64,000 nucleotides of DNA from Epiperipatus broadwayi. Taxonomy: Eukaryota > Animalia > Onychophora. The notes beneath the pieces are model-generated. The model searched no databases, was not told where the DNA came from, and saw only the letters and a program-made list of their open reading frames with translations. This document shows, piece after piece, positions 1 to 10,135 of this stretch. Within the stretch, counting starts at the first letter, position 1. Each line of letters starts with the position of its first letter. Both the position numbers and the translations under genes were made by a program. The DNA is taken from contig JAQFVV010000002.1 in NCBI GenBank assembly GCA_028023455.1, forward strand, positions 11,718,001-11,782,000, in the 5' to 3' direction.

Positions 1-1140
1 AATTTGGATGCATTAAAATAATTAACTTAAAGGCACTCCTTGTTTATAAAGTTTTGCGTTTGCAAATATTCTTGGTTGTATAGTAGCAGATGGGTATATC
101 TTAAAATATTCAGCTCTATTAATTCCTTTGTTTTTATGTGAAGTATATACTCTTATTCTTCTCACATATATATTGCTTATAATAACTTCTCTCATATACA
201 GTTTAACGCAAAAAATTTTTTTAATAAATCTTCTTTATCTTTCTGACAGTTTCGATTGTCCAGCAGTGTTCATCAGAGCATTCTCAAATTTCTTCTACCT
301 TTTATTTTTTGACTTTATGTGCACGTAAAATTGAGGTAATAAATTTCTCTCTATTAATTTAATTTTTAAATCTGTAGTCAATTCAAACTTCAATTTAGAA
401 ATTTGCGTGAACATTTTGTCTTTATAATCCACAGAGTTCATTAACACAAATTGGTTGCCTTTATCTTCTTTCATGCACATAAATTTGTTGTCACTCATGA
501 ACTTTTTTGTCTTATCAATCCTCAAGCTCCAATTGACCATTTCAACTTTTAAATGTTTGTTTCTGATGATTTAGTTATTTCTGCAATTACATTTTCTCTC
601 CACAGGTTGTTAATCAATGCTGCTTCAGTGTCAGAATATTAGTTCCATTTTAGGAAATGTCCAATGTCCCCCAACAAATCTCAGCCCAAATGTCAATATT
701 GCCTTAACTTCAGCAGATGGATCAACATTAAATAAATTGATGTAGGCTTCAGATGCAACAGCATTTGTTATATTAATATTCTGTTTTTGAGCCAAAAAGG
801 TTAATTTATTTTCAAATTTAATGACTAACTTCTTTTCTAAGTTATCACATTTATTAATCATCCAGATCATCTTATTTATATTGGCTGTTATCCTCAGCAA
901 ACATTTCTTCTCTTTCTTTAAAGCATTCTTGCGGTTATTTATAATCATGTCTAACAATTTTACCTGCAAACTTTGTGTAGTTTTATTGCCATTATAAACT
1001 GATTTTTTAATTTTGAGTCTACAACAATACGGCACTATGTTGAATTGCTTACAACTTCTATAAAAGTGAAGATGTTGCTGGAATGTATGGATGGACTTGT
1101 CTATTCATAATAAATATTGGACATTAACAATTTGATTCAT
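1..1140 (-). mobile_element. Penelope-like element (lineage E), N-terminal part of ORF of the downstream unit of a partial tandem; runs out of the window
   Basis: Minus frames give HLHFYRSCKQFNIVPYCCRLK, ILTFGLRF and EDKGNQFVLMNSVDYKDKM, matching PLE N-terminal and pre-RT motifs (L..GL.F; DKG...V.....Y..K). Bases 1-22 are identical to 3900-3921, the same ORF position in the upstream truncated unit. Frameshifts and stops are present. Confidence 0.8.
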
Positions 1141-1263
1141 TCTAATGTAATAATAAATATGTTTCACCAGTTCTTGGTAATTAATACAATATGCTTAAAC
1201 GTATAAAGGTGGAATTGCTTAAACATATAAAAATGAAATTACTAAATTCTAAATCTTAATATT

Positions 1264-1305
1264 GGCTAAGCACTTTCAGAGCCTGTTTACTCCTTATTCA
1301 TAGCC
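1264..1305 (-). ncRNA. Minimal type I hammerhead ribozyme, A3-U8 core variant (family E), partly CpG-decayed
   Basis: Minus strand reads GGCU-AUGAAUA-A-GGAG[UAAACAGG]CUCU-GAAAG-UG-CUU-AGCC and lies in the pLTR just after the endonuclease stop. Confidence 0.7.
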
Positions 1306-1554
1306 TTAATGTATATTAAACTCATTTTATACAAATTTATGCAAAACAAATCAGACCATCAATTTTTTTGAAATTGCAAAACCTGTATCTTTTCTATTTA
1401 TAGCATTTATGTCACTAGCAATGAAGTAAGCCCCCTTTCTCTCAGTACACACTATCTCAGCCCTGGAGGGTTCAAATACATCATTAACTGCCTTTTGATG
1501 ATAAAAAAATATAGAATTGCCTTTGTTTTTGTTTAACAATCTATTATATGCATA

Positions 1555-2147
1555 ACCACTAAACATCACATGATCATCTCTTATGCTAGCACATGTTATT
1601 AAACAGGCAAAACTCTCCATACAGTAGTGCCACCCTGTTCCAACCAGAACAATCAATGGTTGCCAGAAGGTTTGTGTATAAAGTTTTGCCTGTTTAATAA
1701 CAATTATGTGCTAGCATAAGAGATGGTGATCATGTGATGTTTAGTGGTTTAACACCAATCCTGCCTAATAGGATAATGGTGGCTATGGTTGTTAAAGAGC
1801 CAAAAACAAAATGTATGAATGCTGAACTGAGTTCAAATCCATATGACTATATAAGCTATTGAGCTTAGATTGGAAATATTATTGTGTTTTCCAATTTCAT
1901 TCTCATAGTTTTGTAGTTAAGTAAAGATAAAAGGTGGCTTCTGGAGGGTTACATTAGATCCTAAGATCTAGGTGCAGTGCTCTCAGATCCAAGGTTCCTC
2001 ACTGATGAAGGCCACAAGCCAGAAACTAGTCTGGGGATATTGGATGAATAGATACTAGATGGGGATTTTATGCACAAGCCTTCTGGAATCCAGTGATTGC
2101 TCTGGTTAGCACAAGATGACACTACTGTATGGAGAGTTTTGCTTGTT
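1555..2147 (+). mobile_element. Family A non-autonomous HHR-bearing retroelement with tRNA-like head and inverted terminal segment
   Basis: 13-bp TSD TATTATATGCATA (1542-1554 / 2148-2160); inverted arms 1555-1613 and 1681-1749; B-box-like GAGTTCAAATCC at 1829-1840; HHR at 1997-2036; homologous copies at 12.0k, 25.2k, 38.8k and 58.6k. Confidence 0.85.
1997..2036 (+). ncRNA. Minimal type I hammerhead ribozyme (family A)
   Basis: CCUCA-CUGAUGA-A-GGC[CACAA]GCC-A-GAAAC-UA-GUC-UGGGG, with palindromic stem III ACUAGU and a GUC cleavage triplet. Confidence 0.85.
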
Positions 2148-2828
2148 TATTATATGCATACTTATGCTGAGGCAATCTGTTACTGACTGTGACTCAAGTT
2201 TCACTGTGATATATTGCACTGCATCCTGCTTTAGGGCATGCAATGTATACCACCTGTGTGGCATTGATTCTTGGTGTTATTAATTATTCTGTTAATGTTT
2301 GGAGGAGTTCTAAATCCTACTTTAAATTCATTATGTAATTTTTTGACAAAGTTTTTCACCACACTAGGGATGTAAAGTAAACTTAGGTATTGTTTATCTT
2401 CTTTGTTCTTATTCTGGGTTAGGTTTTTGTAGAAGAGCTCAATTCTATTAGAAATTGTTCTATGGTTGAATTCTACACTTATCAAATCTCTGATATAGCA
2501 AGAGATGTTGTTTTTTCTGTCAGCTTTAAATTTGCATAAGTGATGGTTACAAAGCAAGAATGCTGAAATGTTTTCCTGAAGGTTTATGATGATGGTGTTC
2601 TAGTTGTATTTTTATATTGGACTATTTCCATCATCTAACATGTGTGTTGAATGTCTTTAAAAACTTTAATAATTTTATTTAAATATTCCAAATACCTTCA
2701 GCTGTTAGTAATATCACAGCAAACAGGTTAGTATATGCGTCAACTGTTAGTAATATCACAGCAAACAGGTTAGTATATGCACTAACTATTAGTAATATAA
2801 ACAGGTTAGTATATGCACAACGTTTCGA

Positions 2829-2896
2829 GCTCAGTTGGTTAGAGCGTTACCTTAAAATTCAATAATCAAGAATCTAAGGACCTAGATTCGAATCCC
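2829..2896 (+). promoter_or_regulatory. tRNA-like internal Pol III promoter (A and B boxes) in family B pLTR
   Basis: AGCTCAGTTGGTTAGAGCG (A box / D arm) and GATTCGAATCCC (B box) lie immediately upstream of the HHR. Confidence 0.65.
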
Positions 2897-2927
2897 ATGC
2901 TAGTACTGCCACTGGTCAGGTCAGCAA

Positions 2928-2970
2928 CACCTGAAGAAGAGGGGAGAATAATACCTCTCAAAATGTTGTG
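2928..2970 (+). ncRNA. Hammerhead ribozyme (family B), core decayed
   Basis: CAC-CUGAAGA-A-GAGGGG[AGAAUAAUA]CCUCUC-AAAAU-GUU-GUG. The inverted arm preserves the ancestral CTCGAAACGTTGTG (rc at 2817-2830). Confidence 0.75.
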
Positions 2971-4739
2971 TATATACTAACCTGTTTATATTACTAATAA
3001 TTAGTGCACATACTAACCTGTTTGCTATGATATTACTAACAGTTGGTGCATATACTAACTTGTTTGCTGTGATATTACTAATAGTTGGTGCATGTACTAA
3101 CCTGTTTGCTGTGATATTACTGACAGTTGAAGTTATTTGGAATATTTAAATAAAATTAAATTTTCTAAAGACATTCGACACACATATTAGATGATGGAAA
3201 TAGTCCAATATAAAAATACAACAAGAATGCTGAAAGACCCACAAATTTGTGTGAACTGGGAGATCTTGTGAGTGAGTGCATGTACTCTCTTATGTGCAGA
3301 GGTTTGGTTGTCATGCAGTAGTTGAGTGCAGGGTGTTCTCTTTGAATTTTTACGTCCAGGTAATTAATCGTATTTTGTTCATTTTCATCGGTACAGTTAA
3401 AAATCAAGCCTGTGTGTTTGTAGTTCATTTTGAATACCTGTTATTATATTCTTTGGTGCCACGATGAATATGTCATCAACATATCTGGTGTAAATTGTTC
3501 TCGGTGCTAGAGCTTGGAATCTTTGAATCACCTGCTGTTCAAAATAGTTCAATATAATGCTGGATACAATTCCACTAATAGGAAGACCCATAGGCCAACC
3601 ATCATTCATTTTGAACCATTTGTCTTCAAATGTTGCTAGAATATTTCCATCCAGCCATTTGAAGAAATCTATAATAAAGTCTATCTGAGAAGATGGACAA
3701 TCACTATTTCAGAATTCATCCTCAATATTATCCTAATCGACAGTTTTCTACTGATAGAACCATAAAGCTCTGCAATATCTACTGATGTGATTTTAAAATC
3801 TTTATTTATTTCTGCAACTTTATTTTGTCAACAAATTCAAAAAATGACTTTATTGTGTAGGCACTAAAACCCAAGGAGTCAATCAAACATCGATTTATCA
3901 ATTTGGATGCATTAAAATAATGGACCCCACCGAAATGGGAATTTTACAATATAATACATGAGAGCACATACTAATTTATGAATCTTTTTTTTCCTTGAGT
4001 TTCTTATAATAAATAGCAATAAAATTATATAAATTTATCCAAATTACAAATATTCTTGACAGGCAAACAAGGTTCTATTCATAATATTCTTCTGATACTT
4101 TGAAATAATTTTCTAGATATCTCACAAACCAATCATAAAATTTGAATGAATAACATTAACGGAATATAACATCGCATTAAACCTGAGGAATGTAGTCAAC
4201 CTTGAAATAACAAATGTAGTACAATTGTTCTTTTCAATCTAGACTTCAATTCAATGAAATAAAATAAACATTTGCATTGTAGTTTTTTTTTAAAAAACAA
4301 TAATCTAAATTAGCATTCTTATGTAGATACAGAAAGTGTCACATTCATTCAGTTATGTATAAGCTTTGGTTTTTATTTATTATTAGGATATCATATTCAT
4401 GCTGCTGGTTTCAAATCTCCATATGAATACTAAAATTCCACAGATGGTAGTGAACATTATAACCTGTATTATATATTTTAATGTGCACATGCACATGTAA
4501 TATAACACACAAGCTGGGCTGGATTCAAACCTAGTTATGAATATATGTGAATTTATTAATCAGATCAATCTTTATTACATATAAAATGAATTAATTCTTT
4601 TTCATTCTTTTTGTATTGAAAATTGATTATAATGATGATTAATTAAAAAAAAAAACTGTTTTTTGTAATATTTAGTGTTCAAAACATTAACAGTTGCCCT
4701 GTGAATTAGAAAAATATAATGTTATTTTCATTCAGTCCA

Positions 4740-5010
4740 ATTAATTTATATCCTTTTCTTTTTAATTATAAATATGCGATTATAATATAAGGTTTAATAT
4801 GCCAGCTTAGCACTTTCGAGATTTAGTATTCAAATCTCATACTCATAGCTTTATGAATAAAGACTTGTGATTTGTTGTACACACATGCAAGTGAGCTTCA
4901 TTAATTAGTCCATTGTTTGGAGAGAGCAAAGCAAGTCTCTCTTCTATTAATGGCACTGAGGTCATTAGCTATGTAAAAAGCTTATTTTTAAAAACTTTAT
5001 CTCTTCATCC
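4740..5010 (-). mobile_element. PLE 3' end fragment (lineage E: endonuclease C-terminus + pLTR)
   Basis: Minus frame AFYIANDLSAINRRETCFALSKQWTN* matches the C-termini at 1370-1500 and 35540-35650 and is followed by an HHR. Confidence 0.75.
4804..4850 (-). ncRNA. Hammerhead ribozyme, A3-U8 variant (family E)
   Basis: AGCU-AUGAGUA-U-GAGAUUU[GAAUACU]AAAUCUC-GAAAG-UG-CUA-AGCU, with a 7-bp stem II closed by G10.1-C11.1. Confidence 0.8.
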
Positions 5011-6249
5011 AATAATATATACATATTTACATCTTTAAGACTTATCTTTTTGACTACTTTTTCCTTGTAGTCATTTTCAAGAATCTCTAAAAATACATAT
5101 TTACATCATTATTATTACAAAACAAAATTGTATATATTCTTATTATAGAAAACTAAAATTTAGCAAATTATTATTTTTACAGCAAAAATTCTACGATTGC
5201 AAATAGTATCACAGCTAATTAACAATTTAATGCATCAAACTGATAAAGATTACTACCTTACAATGAAATACATGAGAAATTTAATATTTTTGTGAACCCT
5301 AAGGTTATTAAATCCATTGGCTTTGAGATGATGGCTACTATGGTTACATTGTATTTCATTATATTTGAGAGAATAATATTGAAAGTTTATTAATTATTTA
5401 GTAGCTTCATTCTTTTCCAACCAAAATTTAATTAAGTAAATGCTTTAAGTTAACCAAATTGTAACAGTATCTAATAGGTTTGATAATTTTATTCCTTACA
5501 TCTTTTACCAATTGTCAAATTGATGACTTTCGGGAGCATTAAATAAATATAAGTAAAATTTTTCAAATATTTGCAATGCAACAAGTCGAGAAAACTCCTT
5601 TTGCCTAATTAATTAGTGCTATTAATTAAAGTAGGCAAACAAAGTAAACCAACAAAAAAAATAAAAAAAACTGCTTTAAGCATAGATATAAATACTCTCA
5701 TTTCACCAACTTTTATAAATATTGACAATTGTGAGAATAAACTCAAACCTAAATTTGGCAATACAAACAGTTTACCACAGTATTAATTATTAGTAAGTTA
5801 AATGAATTATTTAAGAATTTATTTTAAAATGTAATATATAAATAAATTTTGTTTTATTTCTTATTATGTTTGCAATTCATTACATATGTATATTACAAAC
5901 TGTCAGACGCTAAACTAAATGTATACAAATGTAAATATTAATTAAAGGCCAGTACAGTTTAAAAGTCATTTTATTTAATTTCCTGCTTATATTAATGACA
6001 ACACAAGAAATAATGAAAAAAAAACAACTAGCAAGCAACCCTTTGCTAAAATCTTTTTAAAAAATAAACTATATAACAGAAGGCTAAATAAATTAAATAG
6101 AAAAATGAAACTAGAGATTTCATTGCTCATACTTATAAATTCATTTTAGCATATAAATTTTCATTCTGACTATATGTACGACCAATTCATACATACATTT
6201 ATTATAATTCTATATTATTAAATATTCTTTTACACACCAACAATTGGGG

Positions 6250-6500
6250 GGTAAAGTAGATTGGAGCCTATTCATTAATGTTTGAAAATTTTCTATCTTA
6301 ATATAAACCAAGCACTGATTATATATATATGTGTGTGTGGGAGATGACAATCTGGACCAAATGAAGAATGCTGGTTCAGCATGAAATATGTATATTAGAG
6401 ATCATTTATCTTTTTCACGTGTATGCATAGTCACGTGTATCAGTTGTATGTGAGAGTGGATAGCTAAAAAAGCTTGAAAGTCTGTGTTCAAATCTTTATA
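6250..6500 (+). mobile_element. Family C HHR-bearing element (decayed HHR at 6357-6398)
   Basis: Homologous to 30264-30520, 46962-47245, 38340-38535 and 19838-20129. Confidence 0.8.
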
Positions 6501-6712
6501 TTATAATACTTCGTACAACATCACACATTAAAAGAAAAGTAAAAAATATATAATAACTCATTACAAAATAGAGCTCTTGACATGCCTAGAGATCTTATAT
6601 TAAAGTAATGATGATGATGATTATGATCATGGACAGTCCAATGTGAAAAATCATTTATGTTTTACACAGGTACTTGTACATACATTTACCAAGAAATATC
6701 TAAATAAATAAA

Positions 6713-6912
6713 TAGGGGGTTCAAACTCAGACTTTCACACGACCCTCAACTATCCATGCTATTATACTTTTCAATGTGTGTGTGATCAAGTGTGTCAGCA
6801 GTATGAGATAGCATGGATAGTTGAGGTTGTGTGAAAGTCTGAGTTCAAATCCCCTATATATTACATATTGGAATGCAGGTATGAAAAAGCCTGTACTGTA
6901 GAAAAAATTCAT
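6713..6912. mobile_element. Family C 3' fragment with inversion
   Basis: 17-bp TSD ATATCTAAATAAATAAA (6696-6712 / 6913-6929); inverted arms around the GAGTTCAAATCCC segment. Confidence 0.8.
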
Positions 6913-7107
6913 ATATCTAAATAAATAAAGTAAATGGTCTTTTTATAAATAGCTCAGTGAAGAACAAAAGCCTCTTGAAAAGCTATTCATAGAGGAACAG
7001 TGAAGGAGAGGACACTATCATCAACTTTTCAATCCCAGGTGGTGATAGTTTGATTTTTCAAGTGTTTTATCCTTTAGCTAAGAATAACTAGATATCGATG
7101 TACTTAC

Positions 7108-7143
7108 CAATACTCGATGGTTAATTAGCTTGGCTAAGAGACA
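7108..7143 (-). CDS. Candidate 36-nt host exon (CLLAKLINHRVL), product unknown
   Basis: Minus strand has a T10 polypyrimidine tract plus CAACTAG acceptor, 12 open codons and a GTAAGT donor. Confidence 0.45.
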
Positions 7144-7343
7144 CTAGTTGAAAAAAAAAATCACTTGAAATGGATTTGAAAGACATACTATTTTTTGTAT
7201 CAAGCTTTCCATATTAAAAAGAAGTATTGAGCAATATTTATAATTGCTAAGATATTATTAAAATATTTTCATTTAATACCTATAGATTAGTATCACAGTT
7301 TATTGTTGCCAATTTTCATTTGAAATGTTTCTTTTTTTCTTAC

Positions 7344-7480
7344 AGCTTCTACTTTCTCTTTATTCATATTATCTATCAGCCTTTTTGCTTCTGTTTCTCT
7401 TTTATTTATCACAGTATCTTGTAATAATTTTTCAATTTTCACTAGCCTATATTTAATCTCACGAAGTAGTTGCAATATTA
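7344..7480 (-). CDS. Candidate host exon, coiled-coil-like (ILQLLREIKYRLVKIEKLLQDTVINKRETEAKRLIDNMNKEKVEA)
   Basis: Open frame ends at a GTAAGA donor in phase 0, compatible with the 7108-7143 exon. The acceptor (TTCCAAG) is weak. Confidence 0.35.
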
Positions 7481-9004
7481 CTTGGAAATTTTTATACCAG
7501 AATTTTTAAATATAAAAAATGTCTGCCATATATTTATTTAAATCTTTACATTCACTTTTATATAATTTATTCGCAATTTAATTTTATTTCCCTAAAGTGA
7601 TTTTTTTTTAAAAAAAAAATATTACTAGTATTTTTTTTTTTTTAAATAAACTTAAACTAGTTTCTTTGGAAATATTTAACACTATTTTTTGTAACTAAAG
7701 GTATATTATAATATTTATTTAAAAATAAAAAAAAATCTTTAATAGAATTTTCAAGACTAGTTCGAAAATCAATTACTCATATTATATAATATAAATAAAA
7801 AAAACAAATCTTCTAAACTTAAGATATCTATGGATATGACATTTTTAAAAATATGAAAAGAAAGATCACTGAAGTTCTTATTTTAAATTAGAAGTTTGGT
7901 AATATTTCTTTGTAGAAAAAAAAAATCTATTGATTTTTAGTATCATAAAAAATAGTAAGTAAAAAAAAGATGAAATAATTTGTAGATAAAGTTCTCCATA
8001 GTTTAAAATATTGATTTTTTTGCACCTTTTAAAATAGTAAAATTATATATAAAGATAAAAGACAGTGATGTGAGTGAGACAAGCTAAAACATATTAGGCA
8101 ATATTTAGATATTGGTTAATTCTTTTTAAAAAACAATTAATGATAATAGACACTATAACACAATTATAGGGTGATACACTTCAGAACTAAAAGTTTCTTC
8201 ATCAACTCTTAAGTGAGCCGGACAATTAAGACCTCAAACATCACAAATATGGCCTTACATACAACTAATCAATCTACAAATCATAAACTTACATTTAATC
8301 AAAACTGTAACTATAAAGGTTTTTAAATTCTTTAAAAAGATCAAAGAATATTCAGATTTCTTACTTAATCATTTTACTCAAATTATACATATAAATAGTT
8401 ATAAATAGCCACTTTAAATGTTTCCTTATATCTCCCCAAAAGATTAAAAATATGGGAGAAATAGTTAGTACTTTATTTGTAATTAATCATTATTAAAAAC
8501 TAAAATGATATCCATTTGTCAAACTCTGTTAGATAAGCTATATATTTGAAAAAACCCTGAGCTGAACTCCAGGACATGACTATGAAAGGTAATAAATTAA
8601 CTCCTACACCATGAGATCTTTTCTTATATGTATATCCAGTAAAACCAAAGAATGTTGATAAAGCACTCATATGTGTATGCATGAAATCACATGTGTGCCA
8701 GTATTTTAATATAATTCTTAAATGTCCGGCTTCATCATAATTGGAATCCATTTATATAAACTGTTTGTTGTAGCAAATTCACTGAATGTGGTGGTCAGAT
8801 AATTTTCTCATTAACTTGGTTGTCTTAGTTTTCACTTATTATTTACTGTATTTATGATATTTATTTTTCTTATCCATATTATTTTCAAGTTGCTTATTGT
8901 TTGTTTTTTATAAACTGACTTTTGCATATAAACAGTTATATAATATAGAGAAGGAATTACACTCACCTATAAGCATCAGTACAAAAATCATGGATGGAGC
9001 ACTC

Positions 9005-9353
9005 ATACCTAGAGCTCATTTGTACAGAAGCCAACCCTCATTCACCATGTGGAAATCAGAGCCCTAACCCACATGTGTCCAATATAACCTGATGAATGAA
9101 TTGTACAAACTTATTCATTCTATAGTGGGAGAGAAATGGAGTCTAATTTTTAACCACCTGTGATTAGAAATAAATATTAAATTTTGAATTTACTGTAATA
9201 AATAGTCTATTTATATAATGCTTAATTACATATATATATAAATAAGTTTGTACAATTCATTTGTCAAGTTGTATATTGAGCACACAGTGAGTTAGAGCCC
9301 TGATTGTGGCATGGTGAGCAGGAGTTGGATTGTATAATGGTGGCTCAAGGTAT
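9005..9353. repeat. Diverged fold-back / MITE-like inverted repeat (arms 9005-9115 and 9241-9353)
   Basis: About 110-bp imperfect reverse-complementary arms. Confidence 0.75.
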
Positions 9354-10135
9354 AGATGGTCCGCTTACGCTTTTTGAACTGATGCTGAGTGCATGTAAAT
9401 TTGTAAAAAAACACATGACCAAAGGTTTATTTCCTTCTCTATATTATATATGTAGTCAAGTGCTATAGAAATAGACTATTTAAAAGATTTATATATTTAA
9501 AAAAAAATTACAACAAAAAATAATAATATGGTCAATTTAAAATTTTGAATAATTTGAAATTATTAGTTCACAATAAAAAATTTGCACAAATAAGATGTTA
9601 TAAATATATAGATTTGCATCAAAGAAAATAAGCTTTTGGGTTTAATAAAAACAATAAAAAATACAAATTTAATTCAATACAGTAAATTAACAATAATTTT
9701 AATAGCAATATCCAAAACATAAATGACAAAACAGTATAAGATCTATACCCTCAAGACTTTCATGTCGGTTATAGAAAGTTCAATGACAAATTTAACATTT
9801 ATGATAAACAAAAATACTTCATTTCATCATACAGTAAATCACTCAAGCAAGTTTCTTACTACAACTCATCAATGAGCTACTTTTGAGACTGTTAAAGACT
9901 GTCTTATGATAGAATATCCTATTGTTTTTGCACATATAACATTATTCTTAACTTCTTAAAAGTTAAACTACATAGAGTATTCTTCATATTATTAATTAGA
10001 TCAGGTTAACAATTTTTAGAACTTTTTATTATAACAATGTCATTGCATTTTATAAAATGGTTTTAAATGTAACAATCTGTTTGAAATTTCATTGGATATC
10101 ACAGTATAAGACAGATCATAAAAGATTTTATGGTA

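Larger units (their letters stand above)
2702..3125. repeat. About 42-bp tandem unit inside the family B pLTR (3 copies in left arm, 4 in right arm, opposite orientations)
   Basis: Unit CTGTTAGTAATATCACAGCAAACAGGTTAGTATATGC..AA and its reverse complement; only one unit is present in the 51.2k copy. Confidence 0.85.
2569..3221. mobile_element. Family B PLE pLTR insertion with inverted arrangement
   Basis: 14-bp TSD CAAGAATGCTGAAA (2555-2568 / 3222-3235); arm 2602-2830 is the reverse complement of about 2957-3222; homologous to the pLTR following the GIY-YIG ORF at 51040-51340. Confidence 0.9.
1141..3921 (-). mobile_element. 5'-truncated Penelope-like element (RT + GIY-YIG + 3' pLTR), interrupted by two nested insertions
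   Basis: RT motifs GWPMGLPISG and TRYVDDIF (3397-3609); linker YLSLLYIPSV..GFRTPPNI and GGIHCMP (2231-2557); endonuclease C-terminus AYFIASDINAINRKDTGFAISK (1370-1550). The reading frame is continuous (HKFVGLSAFLLCNHHLCK) once 2569-3235 (insert plus one TSD copy) is removed. Confidence 0.9.

Noticed and set aside
128-328. Plus-strand ORF and most other 60-100 aa ORFs in the track (e.g. 33564, 36115, 37675, 41004, 46057, 54112, 56353)
   Set aside because: They are antisense shadows of TE frames or low-complexity AT-rich open frames starting at alternative codons.
2702-3125. 42-bp repeats as a CRISPR array
   Set aside because: The units abut with no unique spacers, they lie inside a PLE pLTR, the context is eukaryotic and there are no cas genes.
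1-3921. 22-bp identity between 1-22 and 3900-3921 as a TSD or LTR
   Set aside because: It is explained by homology between two tandem PLE units at the same ORF position.
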